In this document: piece by piece, positions 57,109 through 64,000 of the stretch
Numbering within the stretch: the first letter of the stretch is position 1
Layout: every line of letters begins with the position of its first letter
Virus record (IMG/VR): IMGVR_UViG_3300028832_000125
Direction: 5' to 3' (one strand)
Length of the DNA stretch: 64,000 nt
Source of the DNA: an uncultured virus (IMG/VR IMGVR_UViG_3300028832_000125)
Taxonomy: Duplodnaviria > Heunggongvirae > Uroviricota > Caudoviricetes
Notes under the pieces: generated by a model
Seen by the model: only the letters and a program-made list of their open reading frames with translations
Database searches by the model: none
What the model was told of the DNA's origin: nothing
Made by a program: the position numbers and the translations under genes

Positions 57109-60100
57109 ATGACAGCAACAGTCAGCATATACGGAGCAAAAGGCGGTGTTTATGAGGTAGTGCCGGAATCAGAGTCTATCCGCAGGATGGAACTGATGAA
57201 AGAAGACTACGTGCGCCTGGTATTCTCCACAAAGTCAAAGATAAACATTCGCCTTGGTGATTATGTCACTCTAAGCGAATGGGGTACGTTCTATGTCACC
57301 AAGCCTCAGAAGGGCACTTATAACAAGAGCACTGGAGGCTATGACTATGACATACAGTTTGATGCGCCTCACTACAGATGGAACAACAAACTGTACAAGT
57401 TTGAGCCGTCAAACAACCGCAATGAGGCCAGTTGGTCACTCACTGACAACCTACAGAGCCACATGGCCGTGTTCCTGCGTAACCTTGAACACTACCAGTG
57501 GAACTACACCGTTGACCCGCTTTCGTACAGTGTCGATGGTGTGGATAAGGCGGTGTTCATCGATTTCGACAACAAGTATCTGTTGGACGCTCTGACTCAG
57601 ATTGCCGAGGCTTTCAACGTGGAGTGGTGGATAACTGGAAACATCATCCACTTCGGCAAGGCAGAGCACGGCACGGCGGTACAGTTTGAGGTAGGTGTCA
57701 ACGTTGAGGAAATGTCGGTTGAAAAGACGCAGGGACAGTATATCACTCGCCTGTATGCCTTCGGCTCGACACGTAACCTGCCGCTTGGCTACCGTCAGAG
57801 CGGAGAGCAGGTGCTTCTTAACGGTGTAGTCCAGAAGAGGCTCATGCTCCCGTCTTCCACTCCCTATGTTGACATCGAGCAGGGCCTTACCAGTGATGAG
57901 GTGGTAGAGGGTATTGTGCTCCTTGATGACGTGTACCCTCGTACCGAGTCCACCATCAGCACGGTCTCTGAGGTAGAGAAGCCAGTGGAAAAGAGCGATG
58001 CCACCACTGAGGCGGGTGATGATGAGTCCGAAGTCGTGGAGGGCGAGACTGAAATGGTCACGTTCTACAGGTTTAAGACCTCTGGGTTCACGTTCAGCAA
58101 GGATTACATTCTTGCAGGCGAGACGCTACAGGTGCAGTTTACCTCTGGAAGACTGAACGGCATGATATTCGATGTGGCCTTCAATCCAGAAGGTGAGTCG
58201 GAGAAAAAGGATGTTCCCGGTACTGAGGGTGAGCGTGTCGAGGTGCTGAATCCAGATGCGCAGGTCTTCGAGATTGTCCGCAGTGACACCTACGGTCTCA
58301 TGCTGCCTAATGACACCTTGAAACCTGCAGCAGGTGACAAGTTCATCCTTATAGGTTGGGACATCACGAAGATACAGAGCGGCCTCGGCCTTGTCACGGC
58401 TGCTGAGAATGAACTGTTGCAGAGGGCAACCGACTATGCAGCACGGTTGAAGAAAGACCCTCTCACCTACCCGTGTACCATGATGTCAGACTATATGTAT
58501 GGTCTCAACGGTACGGAGCAAGACCCGAACTATTCCAAGGTGGGAACGTTCGAGTTGGGCCAGAGAATCGAGTTGGTCAGTGACGCACACTTCGATGGTG
58601 GCCGCAGGGTGTCGAGGGTAGTAGGCTATGAGTACAAACTGGATAAGCCGTATGACGCTCCCATCATCTACGTAGGAGAGTCTGCCACCTATTCAAGCAA
58701 GAAAGATTCTGAGGCAAAGTTGAATGATGCCGTCAATACCATCAACTACAGGAATAGCGAGTACGGCCAGAGCGGACTCGGTGGAAGCGTCTATGTCATC
58801 GGAACCAATGACACCACCGCGCCCGGTGACAGTAACGTTTACTCTGCCCTCAGAAGCGACAGGCAATATCCGCGAAAGAACAGGAATGATGTTATCAGTT
58901 CCCTTTGGACGTTCAAGCACGGCAGAGGTCTTCGCAGGGGTATTCAGACAGAAGACTACAATGACGAAGGAGCCAATGAGGATAATCTGTTCGGCAAGGG
59001 CTTTGAACTCATATCGAAGACTGATGCCAACGGTAACATCGTAAGCCGTCTGGAGGTCGATGAGCTGTTGGTGCGCATCAAGGCTTTCTTCGCCCAACTG
59101 GAAATCAGAGAGATTTCGTATGTCGGCGGTAACTACTGCTTCTCGGCAGCGGGTAGCCGTATATATTATGTTGACTGGATAGATGCCAACGGTAACGTCA
59201 TCGATAAGAACGTAGGCAGCATAGCCAACTGTGCGAAGTTCCGCTGTTACCTTTATTCTGATGACGGTACGACTGCCACCATCAACAAGTGGGCCGTGGA
59301 TGACCAGGCGATGTGCCGGACGTTCAATATTGATTCTGGGGTTCACCAGAATGTTTCCAATAAATACTACTGGCGCAGGGTCGTAGGAGTAGGCAGGGGT
59401 GTAATTCCCTCTGAGGTGGTGACACCAGAGTTCACCGATGATGTAGTTCCCGCTCCCACCCAGTATCAGTATGTCGATATTTCGATGGCCGACTGTGCCA
59501 TCAATAGCGACTATCCAGAGCCGGATGACGCTATCGTTCAGATGGGTAACTGGAGTAACGAGAACAGACAAGGTATGATATATCTCATGGTGGAGGGTGA
59601 CAGTGCGCCTGCCATCATGGAGTACTCTGGTGTGGGTGCCAACGGTCAGCATTTCGTTCTGCCAGACCCCACGCTCATGTTGTCACCGAAAAAGAATATC
59701 ATCTATGGCGAGTTCCATTCTGTTGTTGACTCTGAGGGAGGCGGCTCTGGTGATTCCATCGATGACCAGTTGAATGCCCTGTTGGATGCGCTCAATGACA
59801 TCAAGAATCAAGCCGATAAGAAGTTTGAAATCTGGTTCGGCAACTATGAGCCGTTACCCTCTAAAACAAACCAGTCAGCAACGCCCAACTTTCCCGCGTC
59901 TGAGTGGATAACGGATGACTTGAAGGCCCTGCACGCGCAGGATTTGTTCTATGACACATACAAGGCTCCTGCCACTCAGAGAGGCCGGGCATGGAGGTGG
60001 ATAGCCGCAGAGGGGGCGAATAATACCGTTGTTTACTACTGGGAAGATGTCACCGACCAAGACACCATTGACGCTCTGGAGAAAATCGCAGACGTGGCCA

Positions 60101-63100
60101 GTGACGGCAAACTGACTGGCGGTGCCGAGAAGGTGCGCGTGTTCCTTGACTGGGAAAAGGCCGTAGAGGAATACCTAAAGTACACTGAGCGGGCCAGAGA
60201 CTACGAGATAACAACGGAGTTGACCAACTACCGCAACGCCTTCAAGGAGTTGGCGAAGATGCTCAACAACAACGTGGCACTGATTACCAGTGACACCATG
60301 ACTGAGATTCCCACTCCCGCATGGCTTGCAGACCTGCAGGCAGAGACTGTCATCCCCTCTCCTGTCACGTACCGCCAGAAATGGACTGACTATTACACTA
60401 CGCTTGCGGCCCTGTTGCAGGAAATCCAGAGGGTGGCAAAGGCTCTTGCCGATGCCGCACAGGCAGATGCCACCTCCGCATTGAATAAGATTGGTGATAT
60501 GGCCAATGATGGTAAACTTGACCCCACTGAGAAAGTGACGGTCAAAAGGGAGTTTATCGCCTGTTACCACGAAATGATGGACACTGATGAAGCAGGCTAC
60601 GCCTCCGGCATTCTGGATATGGCAAAGAACCAGAATAACCAGTGGATAATCAACTACAACACGTACATTCTTCCGTACATCACCGCTTTCCGTGCCCTTG
60701 GTACGTACCTCAATGGAGGCACTACATGGAATGAGCCTGCCCTTGCCACAACGATAGCAGACAGCGCATGGCCTTCATGGATTCAGTCTGCAAACATGGA
60801 AAATACCAATGATATTGCAGGCAGTACGTGGCGTGATAAATGGTCGGACTTCTACGCAAAGCGTACCGCAGTCCTCACCGCCCTCACTGACAACGCACAG
60901 ACTACAGCCGATGACGCTCATGACCGTATCGATGACATCGTTTCGGATGGTATCATAAGCGCAGGTTCTGAGAAGTCCCTGCTTTATATCGACTGGATGA
61001 AGACCGTTGCGGAGTACAAGAAATATATCGAGCAGGCAGGTGACTACTTCGGAGATACTAACACGCAGGATGATGCCCTTGTGACGGCATACACCAACCT
61101 TGCCAAGATGCTTAACAACGGAGCGAACCCGACAGCCAATATACTGAATGGTGTTGACCGTCCGGCATGGCTCACCGTAGCCAATATGAACGTTGACACG
61201 GTTCTGGCTGACACTCCCACGGCAACAGTGGCAAACTATCACTCCGTCTGGAACGCATACCATACGGCCCTCACCGCCTTGTTGGAAGTCATAACGAAGA
61301 AAGCCAAGGAACTTGCCGATGCCGCACAGGCTGACGCTACGAGTGCTCTGGAGAAAATTGGTGATATGGCCAACGATGGTAAACTTGACCCAAGCGAGAA
61401 ACTTACCGTTAAACGTGAGTTTAAGGCCGCATGGGATGAAAAGGATAAGTCTGGTGGTATCATCGATATGTGCTATGATGCTACAGACAGTGCCATTATT
61501 TCCACCACTACCATCAACGCCTATATCAACGCCTTTGTTGCTCTCGGTACGTACCTCAACAATGGTACTAACTGGAGTGCTGGCAGTTCGGTAAAGAATG
61601 ACACGTACAGGGCTAATGACAGCAATCTGCCATCGTGGATTCAGTCGGCCAATATGTCTGACACCAATACCATCACTGGAAGCACATGGCGCACGAAGTG
61701 GTCTGACTTCTATTCTGCCAGAACAGCAGTATTAACGGCCCTGTCAGAAAAGGCAAAGGAAGCCGCCGATAATGCACAGGAAACAGCCGATAATGCGAAT
61801 GACAGGATAGATGACATCGTGGCCGATGGCATCATCAGTGGCGGTGCAGAGAAAAGCGGTCTGTTCATTGACTGGATGAGGTGTGTACAGGAATACCTAA
61901 AGTACACCGAACAGGCAACGAACTACAGCGTCTCTTCCACTAACTATGTCACGGCATATACGGCTCTTGCAACCATGCTGAACGGCGGCACGGCGGCAAC
62001 CGCAAACATCCTCAATGGAACCACTCGCCCGGCATGGCTCACCACTACAAACATACTGCTCGACACAACGCTGTCCGACTACAGCCTAACGGCAGACCAG
62101 TACCGCACAAAGTGGAGCACATACTACACTCAGTTGACGCTTCTCATCGAGGCCATTGGTGACAAGGTGAAAGCCCTCGCCGATGAGGCTCTGGAAGAGT
62201 TGGATAACATGGCAGAGGATGATGTCTTGACTGAGTACGAGAAAATGGTTTGCCTCAGAGAGTGGGATGCGGCCAAGGCAGAGTACACATCGCTCGTTTC
62301 GCAGTTCGCTAATACGCCAGGAGTATCTACGACAGCCCTCGCCAATGCGTTCAATATACTGTCTAACTACCTCAATAACCTGTCAACGAATAATACGACA
62401 GCGTTCACGGGTACGGCTCCTGCATTGCTCACCGCCTCCGGCAACACGTCTATCAACGGCACAACCTTCAAGACGTACTGGCGCAACTATTACGATGAGC
62501 GTTCTAAGTTGCTTGCATCAGGCTCGAACTCGAAGATTTCCGTCTTCGCCCAGAGTTCGCGTCCGACACCTCCATATAAAGTCGGTGATATATGGGTACA
62601 GACCGATAACAATAACAATATGATGGTCTGTATCTATGGCCGCAGTGCAGGTGCTACAGGCGCAGACTCAGACTGGGCCGACATGTCGGACATCACAGAG
62701 AAGAGAGACCCAAGAGTTCTGCTTGCCGCATTGTGTAATATGGTTTACAGTTACGCAGGCGGGTATATAAGGAACAAAAGTTCCAACTCATACCTGGCCG
62801 TATATCTCGGTTCGAAGCCCTCTTCTGGTCATGCAGATGGTGACTTGTCTTATTATAGTAGCACGGTCTATCAGTATGTATCGAGTACATCTGGATGGAG
62901 TTCAGTGACTAACGATACACTGAAAACCTCGCTTAGTGCGCTGTATGGTGTCATCGGAACCTACACCGTCAGAATCTTCCGCACGAAGCCGTCATCACCG
63001 TCTGCTTTCGACATGGTGTGTACGCCTGTGAACTTCACTGACGCAAACGCTCCTTCTGGCTATCAGACCGTAGAGGGCGGTATCTGCATCCAGATGTATA

Positions 63101-63930
63101 ACGGCTCCAGTTGGGAGGTGTTGCAGGAATCCGCACACAGTATCATTGAGAATATCAAGGGCTATATCCGTGCCGTTGCTTATAAGCGTGCTGATGACTA
63201 CGCCACGGCAGCGGGGCTTATCACTACTTCCGATTGGGCTGACTTATTCGCAGAGGCCACCGATGCAGACGGCAATAAGATAGCAGAGGCCCACATGAGT
63301 GCGTTTATTACGAAGGTGAAGTCCGGCAATGACTATTATATCGAAAGTGGTATAAAGATGAGTGCCGACAAAATCGTATTCACTGGAAAGACCGTCATCA
63401 ACGGCAAATTCACCGTAGATAACAACGGAAACGTCACGATGGATGGCTTCACGGCCACGAACGCAACTATCACTGGAACGATTAACGCTTCAAGCGGAAA
63501 GATAACAGGCACGATGACCGTAGGCACGTATGCTTCCAATAAGAACAGCATCAAAATCATCCCAGATGATTCAAACCCGTCTATCGTAGGATATGTCGGA
63601 ACTACAGAGGTGTTCAGAATCGGTGCGCAGGTCAATTATGACGGAGGTACAAAAGCGACATTCAAGGTTGGAAGGTCGTATCTCCGCGAGGATGGACTTT
63701 ACATACTTGCCGCTGACGGAAGCAACTGCCGCGCCTACTCAACAAGATTCATCGTTGAAAGAGTCATCAACAGCCTGCACTATCCTTTCTGTATCGACAT
63801 CGATTCAAGCGGAAAAGTCATACTTGGTGCAAATGGTGCATCGATGTGGCCTACCTCGAAGAGTTATGTAGGATGGGGTGATATTTACGTTGACGGTGAT
63901 GTTCTGAAGGTCAATATGGATGGTGGATAA
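57109..63930 (+). CDS. large tail tip/hub and fibre protein with six internal ~140-aa repeats
   Basis: ITRLYAFGSTRNL hub-like N-terminus; repeats at about 60070-62520. Confidence 0.8.
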   Translation: MTATVSIYGAKGGVYEVVPESESIRRMELMKEDYVRLVFSTKSKINIRLGDYVTLSEWGTFYVTKPQKGTYNKSTGGYDYDIQFDAPHYRWNNKLYKFEPSNNRNEASWSLTDNLQSHMAVFLRNLEHYQWNYTVDPLSYSVDGVDKAVFIDFDNKYLLDALTQIAEAFNVEWWITGNIIHFGKAEHGTAVQFEVGVNVEEMSVEKTQGQYITRLYAFGSTRNLPLGYRQSGEQVLLNGVVQKRLMLPSSTPYVDIEQGLTSDEVVEGIVLLDDVYPRTESTISTVSEVEKPVEKSDATTEAGDDESEVVEGETEMVTFYRFKTSGFTFSKDYILAGETLQVQFTSGRLNGMIFDVAFNPEGESEKKDVPGTEGERVEVLNPDAQVFEIVRSDTYGLMLPNDTLKPAAGDKFILIGWDITKIQSGLGLVTAAENELLQRATDYAARLKKDPLTYPCTMMSDYMYGLNGTEQDPNYSKVGTFELGQRIELVSDAHFDGGRRVSRVVGYEYKLDKPYDAPIIYVGESATYSSKKDSEAKLNDAVNTINYRNSEYGQSGLGGSVYVIGTNDTTAPGDSNVYSALRSDRQYPRKNRNDVISSLWTFKHGRGLRRGIQTEDYNDEGANEDNLFGKGFELISKTDANGNIVSRLEVDELLVRIKAFFAQLEIREISYVGGNYCFSAAGSRIYYVDWIDANGNVIDKNVGSIANCAKFRCYLYSDDGTTATINKWAVDDQAMCRTFNIDSGVHQNVSNKYYWRRVVGVGRGVIPSEVVTPEFTDDVVPAPTQYQYVDISMADCAINSDYPEPDDAIVQMGNWSNENRQGMIYLMVEGDSAPAIMEYSGVGANGQHFVLPDPTLMLSPKKNIIYGEFHSVVDSEGGGSGDSIDDQLNALLDALNDIKNQADKKFEIWFGNYEPLPSKTNQSATPNFPASEWITDDLKALHAQDLFYDTYKAPATQRGRAWRWIAAEGANNTVVYYWEDVTDQDTIDALEKIADVASDGKLTGGAEKVRVFLDWEKAVEEYLKYTERARDYEITTELTNYRNAFKELAKMLNNNVALITSDTMTEIPTPAWLADLQAETVIPSPVTYRQKWTDYYTTLAALLQEIQRVAKALADAAQADATSALNKIGDMANDGKLDPTEKVTVKREFIACYHEMMDTDEAGYASGILDMAKNQNNQWIINYNTYILPYITAFRALGTYLNGGTTWNEPALATTIADSAWPSWIQSANMENTNDIAGSTWRDKWSDFYAKRTAVLTALTDNAQTTADDAHDRIDDIVSDGIISAGSEKSLLYIDWMKTVAEYKKYIEQAGDYFGDTNTQDDALVTAYTNLAKMLNNGANPTANILNGVDRPAWLTVANMNVDTVLADTPTATVANYHSVWNAYHTALTALLEVITKKAKELADAAQADATSALEKIGDMANDGKLDPSEKLTVKREFKAAWDEKDKSGGIIDMCYDATDSAIISTTTINAYINAFVALGTYLNNGTNWSAGSSVKNDTYRANDSNLPSWIQSANMSDTNTITGSTWRTKWSDFYSARTAVLTALSEKAKEAADNAQETADNANDRIDDIVADGIISGGAEKSGLFIDWMRCVQEYLKYTEQATNYSVSSTNYVTAYTALATMLNGGTAATANILNGTTRPAWLTTTNILLDTTLSDYSLTADQYRTKWSTYYTQLTLLIEAIGDKVKALADEALEELDNMAEDDVLTEYEKMVCLREWDAAKAEYTSLVSQFANTPGVSTTALANAFNILSNYLNNLSTNNTTAFTGTAPALLTASGNTSINGTTFKTYWRNYYDERSKLLASGSNSKISVFAQSSRPTPPYKVGDIWVQTDNNNNMMVCIYGRSAGATGADSDWADMSDITEKRDPRVLLAALCNMVYSYAGGYIRNKSSNSYLAVYLGSKPSSGHADGDLSYYSSTVYQYVSSTSGWSSVTNDTLKTSLSALYGVIGTYTVRIFRTKPSSPSAFDMVCTPVNFTDANAPSGYQTVEGGICIQMYNGSSWEVLQESAHSIIENIKGYIRAVAYKRADDYATAAGLITTSDWADLFAEATDADGNKIAEAHMSAFITKVKSGNDYYIESGIKMSADKIVFTGKTVINGKFTVDNNGNVTMDGFTATNATITGTINASSGKITGTMTVGTYASNKNSIKIIPDDSNPSIVGYVGTTEVFRIGAQVNYDGGTKATFKVGRSYLREDGLYILAADGSNCRAYSTRFIVERVINSLHYPFCIDIDSSGKVILGANGASMWPTSKSYVGWGDIYVDGDVLKVNMDGG

Positions 63931-64000
63931 TCAAAACTCTGAGAATATGAAGATAGTTAGAAGCAAATGGTTCCCTCCAAAGGGGTATGCGGCGATTATG

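Larger units (their letters stand above)
122..64000 (+). mobile_element. Temperate Bacteroidota siphovirus-like prophage (continues beyond window)
   Basis: att fragment, repressor switch, terminase, portal, capsid, tape measure and tail genes in typical order. Confidence 0.95.

Noticed and set aside
57109..63930. DGR template or variable repeat, or RT, in the tail gene
   Set aside because: No copy of the 17.5-kb variable region and no RT motif were found in this window; they may lie downstream.
122..64000. Genome-wide TGA or TAG recoding
   Set aside because: TGA ends many genes in ATGA overlaps, TAG also terminates genes (e.g. terL), and long genes are open in the standard code.

Overview
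The window is the left ~64 kb of a temperate, long-tailed (siphovirus-like) Bacteroidota prophage; the host call rests on TAnnTTTG/TTTG promoters and the DUF3127, DUF1351 and BACON-like families. It begins at an att site made of the 3' part of a tRNA-Ser(GGA). It then runs through an excisionase operon, a CI/Cro-like switch, recombination and replication genes, two DNA methyltransferases, a ParB/glycosyltransferase/epimerase cluster, terminase, portal, MuF, head and tail genes, and ends in a 2273-aa tail protein. No integrase, lysis genes or reverse transcriptase are in the window. The most striking unexplained structure is a candidate antisense-RNA regulon. At least 16 starts of early/accessory ORFs carry the exact tag AAGAGCAATG across the start codon. 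Two promoter-driven structured non-coding RNAs (about 33996-34068 and 46115-46230) present the exact complement CATTGCTCTT in mostly unpaired segments, with up to 19 nt of perfect pairing. Other notable items are seven dispersed repeated promoter cassettes, an orphan DGR-like target, a tRNA-like gene with a central UCA plus an in-frame TGA in a MazG-like gene, a MuF-GNAT fusion with a putative immunity gene, and a ~440-nt structured intergenic RNA candidate. All protein family calls come from motif recognition by eye, not from database searches.
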